Source: Marsupella aquatica (taxonomy: Eukaryota > Plantae > Marchantiophyta). Taken from it: a stretch of DNA of 64,000 bases. The notes beneath the pieces were generated by a model. That model did no database searches and was not told where the DNA came from. It was given only the letters and a program-made list of their open reading frames with translations. The stretch covers positions 15,593,037-15,657,036 of the forward strand of contig OZ316891.1 in the NCBI GenBank assembly GCA_973895155.1, given 5' to 3'. A program made the position numbers and the translations under genes. Shown here piece after piece: positions 34,035 through 44,881 of this stretch (position 1 is the stretch's first letter; every line of letters begins with the position of its first letter).

Positions 34035-37000
34035 GTGATTGCTGTCAATGCGGTGATGCTTTACCTCAAGTCGCATATCATCAAGAAGTTGGATGATTAT
34101 GCGGATTGCGCATCACTCTTCAAGGCCCTCAGAGAGAAGTACTACCAGGAAGATGCATCAGACCGGCTGTACAAGAAGTCTCTTTTGATGAGCCTCAGGC
34201 TCAAGGAAGGGAGCAAGCTGCAGGATCATCTGGATGAGTTTGACAGCTTGGCAGTGGATCTGTCAAACTTGGGTTAGGGAGTTGAAGATGAGGATAAGGC
34301 CTTGCTTCTGCTAAGCTTCTTACCGCCATCTTATCAGGGCTTGAAACATGTGCTCTTGTACAGAGATCTGAAATCTATTTTGTAGGATGAGGTGGTGAGC
34401 TCTCTACTGTCTGATGATGCTCAGAAGAAATTGGGTCTAGCACAAACAACATCTTCTTCTGGTACTACGTTGAAGGTGAATCGTGGAAGACCAGCATAGC
34501 GCACAAATGAGCAAAACAGATTTAGATCTACGTCAAGGGGGAGATCTAAATCTAGAGGAAAATCACAAGAGAGGAAACCTCTTGCATGTTGGAAATGTGG
34601 CAAGCCAGGCCACATGAAAAGAGATTGTCGGGTAAAGGACTCTACCCCATCAGCTAATGCAGCATCTAGCGCACATGAGGTAGATTTACTCGATGATGAT
34701 ATTTTATGATGCCATTACTTTGCCCTCAACGTAATATCACATCAGGAAGATGATGGTTGGATACTAGATAGTGCTTGTACCTTTCACATTTGCTATAGGA
34801 GAGAGTTTTTCAGTTCTTACACGGTTTCCAATGGTTCAATGTTGATGGGAAATGGAATCCCATGCCAAGTAGTTGGACTTGGATCTGTGAGATTACAGAT
34901 GGTTGATGGTGTTGTAAGAACAGTGCGGAATGTGAGACATATTCCTGGCATGATAAAAAATCTCATTTCACTTGGAATGTTAGAAACAAATAGTTATCAG
35001 TAGAGTTCTGCTAATGGTGTCCTTCAGGTTTCAATCGGTACTAAGGTTGTGTTGAAGGGAAAGAGGCACAAAAATTTGTATGTTTTGGAGGGTAGAGTAG
35101 TATGTGATAAAGCCAATGCAACCTTATCTCATGAGGAGATGGCCCGGGTGTGGCACTTTCGGCTAGGTCACATGAGTGAAAAGATTTGGCTGTACTTCTG
35201 AAAAGAGGTTTGATTTCTAATTTGTAGTCTAATAAGTTAGATTTCTATGAGCATTGTGTACTTGGAAAGGAGCACAGGAAACCCTTTGGAGTTGGAACTC
35301 ACACCAGCAAGGAGGTACTTGAGTATGTACATAGTGATGTGTGGGGGGACCAGCCCCTACTCCCTCACAGTCTGGACGGTTATACTATGTCACGTTCATA
35401 GATGATTACTCAAGGTATGTGTGGATCTACTATCTCCACAACAAGTCTGATGTTTTTTCCACTTTTAAGGAATGGAAAGCCCAAGTTGAGAATCAGACTG
35501 GTAACAAGGTGAGATATCTTCAATTGGATAATGGTGATGAATACAATTCTGGGGAATTTAGAATGTATTGTAAGGAGTAGGGGATTACACGTCATCTCAC
35601 AACAAGTTATACTCCTCAACAAAATAGTGTTTCTAAGAGGCTCAACCAAACACTATTAGAACCCTCGAGGAGTATGTTGAGTCAATCATGCTTACCACAT
35701 GAGTTTTGGGCTGAAGCTGTCAACACTGCAGCTTATTTGGTAAATTTCTCTCCATCAAGTTCTATTGGATTCAAGACACCATTTGAAATGAGGTACGAGC
35801 GTACAGCAAATTACTCACATTTGAGGATTTTTGGATGTGATGCTTATGTGCTTACACCTTCTCAGCTTCGATCCAAGTTGGATTCCAAGTCAAAGAAGTG
35901 CATTTTCCTTGGCTATCAGAAAGGTGTGAAGGGTTATAGGTTATGGGATCTAGTAACCTGTAAGCTAATTGTCAATAGAGATGTGTCATTTAATGAATCT
36001 AGATCATCAAAGGAGGGGGAGAATTCTCAAGACTCCCATACTGACAAGGAGAAATCTTCCATCCCGGACCAGGTGGAGGGGGAGATTAGTCATGATGATG
36101 TTCATGATAGGAGAGATGGAGGAGCTCCGGGCATGGAGCTGGTTCATGTGATGGAACAAGAGGAGCAAATTATTGCTGGGGTACCTCAAATTCAACCAGC
36201 AACAGCAGCAGATCAGCCTAAATTGTCTACTAGAAGAACTTCCAATCATTCTACTAGAGCTCCTACCAGGTATGGTCAATGGGCAGACTCATCTAAGCTA
36301 GATGACATTGCCATTGCACCTGATGATGATGATATGGCTTTGATCTTGGAAGAAGGAGAGCTTTCTTCGTACAGTGAGAGTGGTGGACCTTGCCACCCAG
36401 CGCCCTCACCAATCCCAGCACTTGCGCCTAAGTGCCCTTGATGCCCGAACGCCTCCACGGAATACCTCGAGCAAGCATCCAAGTGCCTCTAGCACCACCA
36501 GCGGCCACTCCCATACGAAGCCGTACTTGCTCACCTACACGACCGCTACTCAACGGTCCTCACTGTCTGCACAAACAACCAAGCACCTTGGTAAGTAACC
36601 CCTTCGGATCTAGAACTCGCCAAGTCTAGCATCCTAACTCAAGCTCAACAGACGTTGGTAAATAGGTCAGCGATAGGTCCTCCTGATGCCATAAGCCGAA
36701 ACCAGAACCCATGCTCACTGTCCGTCCAAGACAGCTCCTTCCTAGGGCGCGGCCCGGGTTTCCCCTCGTACCTATCCATCACCAACTGACCGCCCTGACC
36801 TCAGGACATGCTCATGGCCCAAATAACGTAGCTTGTCCTAAAGCTTGTCTCAACACGTCGGGACCAGAACAGCCCCGACTCTAACACCGACTCCTGGTTT
36901 GCCCCACTGATGGTCTAGGGACCGAGCACTCTTGGGATTCAGCCTCCATACCTACTTGGCCTTGCCTCCCCAACGCAAGCTCCATTGGGAGACTGAATGC

Positions 37001-39344
37001 GGCTTGGTTGCTGTTCGGCAGGATTTGGTACACGGGTGAGCTAACACCCGCAAACCACGAGAACCCATGGCATCCCCAGACCCAGTTGAGCTCAAGAGGG
37101 CGTAGCCCTCCTCAAGAGCTTTCCAACGCACCTAAGAAGTCTTCCTTGGACAGATATTGCCATTTCTGTTTGGCGGTTTCCGTTAGTGTCGCGATCGCTG
37201 CGGCTCACGACTTCGGCTCGCCCTTAGCCCCCAGGGAGACACCACTCCCCTCATATATGCTTCTGGAGACTTGCCACCCCCGGACCAGCTTTGGTCCCTA
37301 AACATTTGGCCCCCAACCCGGATCCCATTGCGCATAATGGGCGCGCCACCAACTGGCAACGCCCATAACTTTCTTGATAGGCATCCGCAAGCGGAGCCTT
37401 AGCCTGTTGTGACCGGGCCAACCCAGTGCTCATGCCTAGGCCCTCAGGTTTGATCGCCGCTCGGGGCCCCCGACCGGCCCAACCCGGCTCGGGCCACAAC
37501 TTGCGCCCCAAGCGTCCGTTGCCAATGGCATCAACTCCATTGGCCTTGGGCCCAAGAGGAGCTCACTCCCAAGCCCTCAGAACTCAAAGCCCATCCGATG
37601 GTCCGGATGGCCACCCTTGAGCCCGGCCCATTTCCCCTTGACTCAACCAGCCATATGCTAGTCCAAGTCCTTAGTGTGTGTCCCCAGTTTGGCTCACTAG
37701 TGCCACGTCTCATTGCCCACAAGTCTCTCCATGCTAAGTCCTCCCCGGATGGCCTATTCGGGCCTGGACCATAAGGGAGCTCGGCGTCGGAGTCAGCGAC
37801 GCCGAAACTAAGTGTTAAGGTAGTCGAGTTCTGCGACTGTGAGGCTTGTGCTTCAGAGCATAAACACGAGTGGAATGCAACAATGCAGAGGGAGTTGCAA
37901 TCTTTGAGTGACAACAAGAGATGGGAGTTGGTGGAGCTTCCAAGAGGTCAGCAAGTGGATTTACAAGTTAATGGACAGTCCTTCAGAGGGTGGAGACAAG
38001 ATCTACGAGGCAAGGCTTGTTGCCAAGGGATTCACTAAGGAGAAATGAGTGGATTACAATGAGATCTTTTCACCGGTGGCTAAGTATTCCATAATTCAAA
38101 TCTTGTGTCAGCTTGTTGTGTTTTTTGGTCTGGTGATGGATCAGATGGATGTTGTTACTGCTTTTCTCTATGGCAACTTGGAAGAGATGATCTTCATGAG
38201 ACAATCACTAGGCTTTATGAAGAAGGGCCAAGAGAACTTAGTTTGCAGATTGCTCAAGTCTTTGTATGGATTGAAGCAGTCTCCCAGACAATGGAACAAG
38301 CGGTTTGATGATTTCATGCTTGCTCAAGGTTTTACAAGTATGGTGTATGATCCTTGTGTGTATACAAAATCAGTCAAGAATGATGTGTTTGGTTTCATCA
38401 TTCTGGTTCTCTATGTGGATGACATGCTAGTTGTGGTTAAAGATCAATCTGAGGTTGATAAACTCAAGGCGAAATTGAGTTTTGAATTCAAGATGAAGGA
38501 TCTTGGTAAGGCCAAGAGAATCTTAGGGATGGAGATTTTTAGGAACTCTGACAGTTGTGCTTGAATCAAGGCAAGTATGCAAGGAAGGTACTTGCACGAT
38601 TGAACATGGAGGATTGTAAGCCAATGAGTATTTCTTTAGCTTCACATTTTAAGTTATCATCGGCTTTCTCTCCTACGGATGCTATGGAGAAAGGTTTGAT
38701 GACTAAGATTTCTTATGAGAAGGCAGTAGGTAGTCTGATGTATTTGATGACTTGTACTAGGCCTGACTTGGCCCTAGCAATAGGCAAGGTTAGCAAATTC
38801 ATGTCAAATCTAGGGAAGGTACATTGGGAAGCTGTGAAATGGATTCTCAGGTATCTGAAGGGAATACAGGACTATGGATTACTATTTGATGCTAGATCAG
38901 ATAGAACATTGGTTGGCTATGTAGATTCTGACTATGGAGGTTGTCTGGATACAAGAAGATGTAGAACTGGGTATGTATTTACTCTTGGAGGAGGATGTAT
39001 CAGTTGGAAATCTACCTTGCAAAAGTGTATCTCTCAGTCTACTACAAAAGCAGAGTATGTTGCAGCAGCAGAAGCGGCAAAGGAAGCAATTTGGTTGGAC
39101 AGGTTGGACAGAGCATGGCAAAATGTCTCTATATTGTGATAGTGAGAGTCCTCTTCACTTGGATGCTAACCAGATTATGGATAATAGGGTGAAGCACATT
39201 GATATCAGGTATCATTTTATCAGGCAAACAATGTCTGATAAAACTTTTGAACTAGTCAAGATTGATGGAAAACTCAATCCCGCTGATGTCTTTACCAAAG
39301 TGATTCATTTGGAGAGTTTCTCAAGACACCGTGCTACTTTGTAG
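34035..39344 (+). pseudogene. Disrupted gag-pol of the plus-strand Copia
   Basis: Gag LMSLRLKEGSKLQDHLDEFDSL, knuckle CWKCGKPGHMKRDC, protease WILDSACTFH, integrase YYVTFIDDYSRYVW / FWAEAVNTAAYLVN / KCIFLGY, RT DYNEIFSPV / SLYGLKQSPRQW / LYVDDML, RNase H GYVDSDY / KHIDIRYHFIR / NPADVFTK. Many stops and frameshifts. Confidence 0.92.
36379..37838. mobile_element. 1460-bp insertion with 5-bp TSD GTGAG and AGT...ACT termini (solo-LTR-like)
   Basis: GTGAG lies at 36374-36378 and 37839-37843. Removing the insert and one TSD restores the Copia frame EEGELSSYSE|ACASEHKHEWNATMQRELQSL. Ends are AGTGGTGGAC... and ...GTTCTGCGACT. Confidence 0.88.
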
Positions 39345-40011
39345 GTTTTGTAGTTGTAGCGCAAGTAGAGTTACTTAGCAAGGTTGTGACTATTTGTATA
39401 TGGATTACTCATTCTAGTTTGGCTACGGCTTAGTTCTAGTTAACCCTTAGTTAACCCTTGTGGTTTTTAGGGGGAAACATGTTTAGGTGATTGTCTAGAA
39501 CTTCCCGTTGAGGATTTTACATGGTAGCAATTAGTCCTATCCCCAAGACAAGAGTCAAGGGGGAGTTTGTTAGGTATTGCTCTTAGTCTTGTGACTCTTG
39601 AGATAACCACAGTTAGGCTAATTCAGATTAGTACTTAGCTAAGGGTAGCGGTAGTGTTGTTGTGTATATAGTCAGGGCTGGTGTTAGTCCCTGGTGGATC
39701 TTCAGTTCATTGTTGGAGTTGAGCAAGAAAGAAGTAAAGGTCTCTTGCTTTCCCGCGGACGTAGCCTCGGTCATGAGGTGAACCATGTACTCGTTGTGTC
39801 GACTACTTTGTATGGTGTTCACATGTGCATGGTGTCTCGGGATAGGGATTATCCCCAACACACTTGCCATGTTGAACTTGGCAAGTACCTTCTTCGTATA
39901 CTTACTCTACGTCAGCCACAATTTCCCCTTCTTCCTGTCTCTAAGAATCTCCATCCCAAGCATATGCTTGGTTGATCCTAAATCCTTCATACTAAACTCT
40001 GAGCTCTTCCT

Positions 40012-42077
40012 CTAGGGCGTTGGTTAATGGATTCCTCTCAGAAAAGGTGCACCTGAAGCGTGGAGTGCGACAAGGATGCTTGCTCTCACCACTTTTATTT
40101 GTAATCTCCACACAGCCGCTTATGGACTTTCTTGATGCTGAGATTGATGAAGGGCGACTCAGAGGACTGTGGATCACAGAGGACCTCATGATTTGCTACA
40201 GACTATTTGTGGATGATGTTGGCATGTTCATCCCAGCTACAAAGAAGGACTTTGAGGACGCAAGGTTGGCAGTGGAATGTTACAAGACTGCCAGCGGCGC
40301 CAAATTGAATCTTGAGAAATCAGTGGTTATTCCATTGGCCTTAGAGAAAATTCCGAGATGGCTAACTAACATTGGATGTATTATCAGCCAAAAAGGTGAG
40401 GTACATAAGTACTTGGGTGCACCACTTGGGGTAGGGCTGCAGACAGAACAACTACATAAATTCTGTTTAGACAAGATCAACTCTCGTATTTCTTATGGGG
40501 ATACAACGCCATAGGGGGAAGGAAGATCCCCCTGGTGGCCTGGGAAAGGCTGGCACTACCTCGGGTGGAGGGGGGTCTGGGATTTAAAGACTACAAAAGT
40601 GACTTAGACGCACTGCTCTCCCAATGGTTCACTAAAGCACTTAACTCTAGAATGCTTGCTGCAAATCTGGCACTAATGGGATGGATGAACTGCAAAGTGA
40701 TCAGACGGAAACGATATTCCTTTCAAGATCAACTATTACTGTGTACACCAAGGTCATATGGTGGCCTTCCATATACGAGTGGACTATGGAGGAGCTGGAC
40801 GATGCTCAGAGCACACCTGTCATTTGAGCCTGGCAGGCTTGGGGTACCGGCGCTATGGAGCATCTATGACACCCACATTGCCTTGCGGGATTTCACTCCC
40901 TTTCGAATGAGGCCATTGTTGGGGTTGCTACCATTTGTGGAAGACTAGGAATGAGATCTATTGGGGACGGATGGTCTTTGGAGGATGGAGCCTGGAAGGA
41001 CCTCCCAATGAGATGGCACAGTTTGAGGGTTTCACTACTGAACACCGAACACTTGCACACTCATTCCTAGAATACCTATGGAACACCAATGAATGTAGGA
41101 CTAACTTTTACCTCTATGCCAAACAGTGGAGGTGGGCTGACAAAACAAAGAAGTTGAAGGACTTCAGGGTTGAGAACTGTTGTGTTTATGAATTCCTACG
41201 GCCCAAAAGCTCAAACCACGGCCGCTTGAACCGGATCTGGTCCATTTGTCGACCTGAATTGAGATGGAACTTGGGGTGGTCTAGACTGTGGGGCTCTGAC
41301 CTGCCAACCAGGGGCAAGACATTCATCTGGAAAATTATTGTTGGGGGTCTATTCACGGGGGCTAGGGCACTTAGAATTGGTGTGAGCAATGGTGATTACA
41401 AAGTGTGTAGCAGTACCTTAGAGACCATCCCCCACATGTTCTTTGGGTGTGCATTTGCTGTGAGGTGTTGGGGACTCTGCCAGTGCTTCTTACATGAGTT
41501 GGGCTTACCAATTGGCCAGGGGCTGTTGACTCTGTTGGACTCTGCTTATGGGAGGGACCCTGAGTAGATTGCCAAACTATTTGTCTTGCACAAGATTTTA
41601 TGGATGTTGTGGCTAGGCAGGAACTCCCATATGTTCAGTGCAAGTGGTAGAGGTACATTTGATATGGGCCTAGTGCTTTCTGAGGTTGCTGAGAGCTTGA
41701 ATGCTGTGAGCAGATGCTCACCCCCTGGTAGAAAGAACACCCGGTTGTGTCGGGCGAAAGATAGGATTGACAGTTTCCATAGGCTATGGCTCAATGATGG
41801 CAAGGGCTGTATTTCCACTGGTGGATGACCCCTATGCCCACAATTGGGTTGGATTGCGTGATTAGGTCTTAGTTGTGGTCCTTACATGGGACCCCCTCTT
41901 CTTATTTGCTACTGCTATTCTCTCTTGACTTGCTGGTTTTGGTTTGTCTTGGAGACGGCTTCTTTTGTGCCCCTTGTGATCCCCTCCAAGAGGGGGTTGT
42001 CTTGCTTTGCCGTGAGGCTTGTATGCCCTGCCCATGGGGTTTTTCGTGGGTTAAAACTTAAAAAAAAAATTAAAAAA
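40012..42077 (+). mobile_element. 5'-truncated, degenerate L1-type LINE (RT C-terminal half + zf-RVT + 3'UTR + A-tail)
   Basis: VNGFLS...RGVRQGCLLSPLLF, LFVDD, SGAKLNLEKS, KYLGAPL, AWERLALPRVEGGLGFKD, KTFIWKI, decayed CCHC finger VCSSTLETIPHMFFGC. Poly(A) at 42060-42077. Confidence 0.9.
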
Positions 42078-42504
42078 TTCCAAGGAATTAATAATAAGAA
42101 TAATTGAATTTAAAGGATATATTTTTATTTCATTTTTTTCTCTTTCAATTTAATTTTAAAATTAAATTAAAAGAGAAAAAATGAAACAAAAATATATCCT
42201 TCCTTCAGTGCAATGGTGTTTGGACTCTGCAAAGTGGTGCTTTTTTTCCTCCCCTACATTCATACTATTTGACATCTTTGTCTTGGCCCGGTATTCTTTC
42301 TTCACCTCTGCATATTGGCCTCTTCTCCATGCTCAATATTTTTTCTTGCCTTTGACATCTTTGTCTTGTCTAGACATGATCTGTGCAAAATAAATAAGTA
42401 AAGTAAAATTCTATTGTCAGTACTTGTAAACATATTAAAAAGTAATATACATATATTAGTTTATATAGATCTAAAAACCAAAAGGCGCCGAGCCCAACCA
42501 GGAC

Positions 42505-42664
42505 AAAAGTACCGGAACTCCTTGCACCCAGTAAAGGGGCACCCAGTAAGAGGAGAAAAGCAATAGGTAAAATGGATTCTATACAAAAGTACTGTAACTC
42601 CCTACCCAGTAAAGGGGCATCCAGTAGTAAAGGAGAGAAAGCAATAGAAAATTTGGATTCTATT
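42505..42664. repeat. Degenerate ~80-bp tandem duplication
   Basis: aaaagtac...aactcc...acccagtaaaggggca.ccagta...aaagcaatag...tggattctat occurs twice. Confidence 0.7.
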
Positions 42665-44881
42665 GTTGGGGTGAAACAATGGAAAAAACGATTATGTTGT
42701 TTTCCGCCCATTGGGGCCTCATACAGGCACACTGCTGTCCCACGGATTCCAACTTGCTTGATGCGCCAGCTTTCCGGCTGTGCTTTTTGTTCAGCCGTCT
42801 TGATGGGGCGTGCAAATGGAGGTACCTCGTGGAGATTTTTAATAGGACCCTGGAGGAGTGGAGGGAGAGGTTGGCAGACGGGACTTTTCTGTTGTGAAGA
42901 GCGTTGCGAGAAGTGAGTAGAGCATGCCAGCACTGCACCCAGCGTAGGTGTGGCTGACCAGTGCCTTGGAAATAGCCTCGAACTTATACTCGGCCTACGA
43001 TGCATTCGCTACACCTCCCTTGCACTGTGCTGAGAGTGCACATTGGTTGCTCTGAGTCGATTTGTTTGAGATCCGAGAGCTAAGGCTTGACGAAGACGAA
43101 GTGCATAGTAGTAGGGCGTGACGGAGTTGACCTACGTCGTCCTCTGGACTTGGATTTTCCCGTCCTGAATGTGCTCACTGGTGTGCGTTTGGAAGATTTC
43201 ATTGTTTCTGAGTTTACCTCGTCTTCTTGTCCCTTTTCGCTCTGTAGTCTGCTTACTAGCGTTGCGCTCGTGCCACTTCTCTGCGATTCATACCTCTTGA
43301 CTTCTCCAGAATTTTCCGTACGAATCTCTGGGCTCCGATCTGGTGAAATCTCTCGACTGCTGGGTTTCTGCCGATCCGGTTTTATGTCTGTTGATATTCC
43401 CCACCTCTAGTGCGGCGGCGGTCCTTTTCTGCTCCGGGTAACGAATTGCGCTTCGCACTTCGATGTCACTTCGTTCGGTATAATAGTACTCTGCGGGCTG
43501 GTCATCGGTGCTGGTCACCATTCCTGTATTGTTTCCTCTGCCAGGACGAGAACTTTTGCCTTGCCGACAGTTTTTTACTTCTAAAAATCTTCGGAGGTAT
43601 GTTTTAGATGACTCTTTTGGTTGATGCCCTGTTGTTCGCTGATCGATTCTTGGTTAGGTTACTTGGTCCAATCTCTTCAGCGTAGAATATTAGAGAACAG
43701 TTGGCGGTCTTGTCGTACTGGGTTGGGGTAAGGCAGAAGAGAAGAAGGAAGGTACTGGATTAAATTGGTAGCCGGGGACAGATTTTGATTGCTTTGCCCC
43801 AACATCATACCGGTTGACGAAGGTCGCTGTGCCCGGTCCTAGTTTATGCAAGTGATTCGATGTAGTATTGTAGAGGTTTTTGCCCATGGTCCGCTTTCTT
43901 GGGGTTTGCCCATGAACTTTCGCCCATTACGCGTAGGTATTCATATTCTTTGCATTAATCGACCCTCTGTGATGAATATCGGTTCCGTCAAAGTTCATGT
44001 CCTCCCCTTTGGCTCGACTGGGAGGTGTAGGTGGTAGTCAGATCGTTAGTTCGAATGTCCGCAACTTGTCTAAAACGAAGTAACTTCAGCAATGTATGCT
44101 GAGCCTCATTTCAGGTTTACTTCATAAAGTAGCGTTGTGGATCTTCGAAGTGTGCAGTTAGGAGTTCGCTTTCGCGTGACGGTCGTTGGTCTCCTGTGAT
44201 TTGCTGGCATGTGAATTTGGGAATTTGCCGATTGGGTCTTCGCCTGTACGTGAGGCCTAACATTTAATTGTTCCTATCCTGGCCGCAAGGGGCTCTCCAG
44301 CTTCAGTAACGATGATGCTCGTTTCGATGCAGGTTACGAGTGTTCCAGCCCCGGGGGTCGGGCTTTTTCGTTGATCTTCTGAAAGTTCACTCTGGCAGCG
44401 TCTACAGTCCATCGTTCTCGCACCTCAGAGGTGTGGGGGCGAGCTGGAGGATCTCCAGTTATCCGTGGTCTTTCGAAGTGTCGACATTCTCAAGTGTGGA
44501 GGACCTGTCGCATGGTGCAGGGCGTCTCCATTGATTACGGCTAATGTAGATTAAGAGCGGGCTTGTGAGAAGAGGAAGTCGATGTAGATCTCCTGTTTTT
44601 GGTGGGGAGTCAGGCCTCCTCTCCTCTGGCGTCATCTAGTTCGATTGATTGTATTTTGTACTTTATTTCCAAGGACATTCTCGAAACCGTCTAGTGAACC
44701 TCTTCAACTCTTAAGGCAATCTCGGTAATGCCATGTTGCACAGCACTAAGACGGAAAACCTAGGGTATCAGCGTTTACTTGCTCGCCCTTGCTTGCGAAG
44801 GGCGAAGATTCCGAGTGTTTAGTGGTCCATTTTGGATCTACTTGTTGAAGTTTTATCAGTCGGCACAGCTAATTATCGACA

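Larger units (their letters stand above)
32645..39860 (+). mobile_element. Full-length Ty1/copia LTR retrotransposon (Tnt1/Tork-like), degenerate
   Basis: 293-bp LTRs at 32645-32937 and 39568-39860; by eye they differ at about 20 positions, mostly transitions. TSD CACTT at 32640-32644 and 39861-39865. tRNA-Met PBS tggtatcaaagc at 32940-32951; PPT aagggggag at 39557-39565. Confidence 0.95.
31511..40006 (-). mobile_element. Older truncated Copia (RT-RH-3'UTR-partial LTR: 40006-39861 + 32644-31511), host of the plus-strand Copia
   Basis: The minus strand reads EFSMKDLGSTKHMLGMEI...KVLAKFNMAS|AKAVTTPLA...GSLMYLM...HWEAVKWIL...GYVDSDY...GGCVS, continuous across the insertion. A PPT-like tract and TGTTAGG LTR start lie at 31623. 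Confidence 0.85.
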
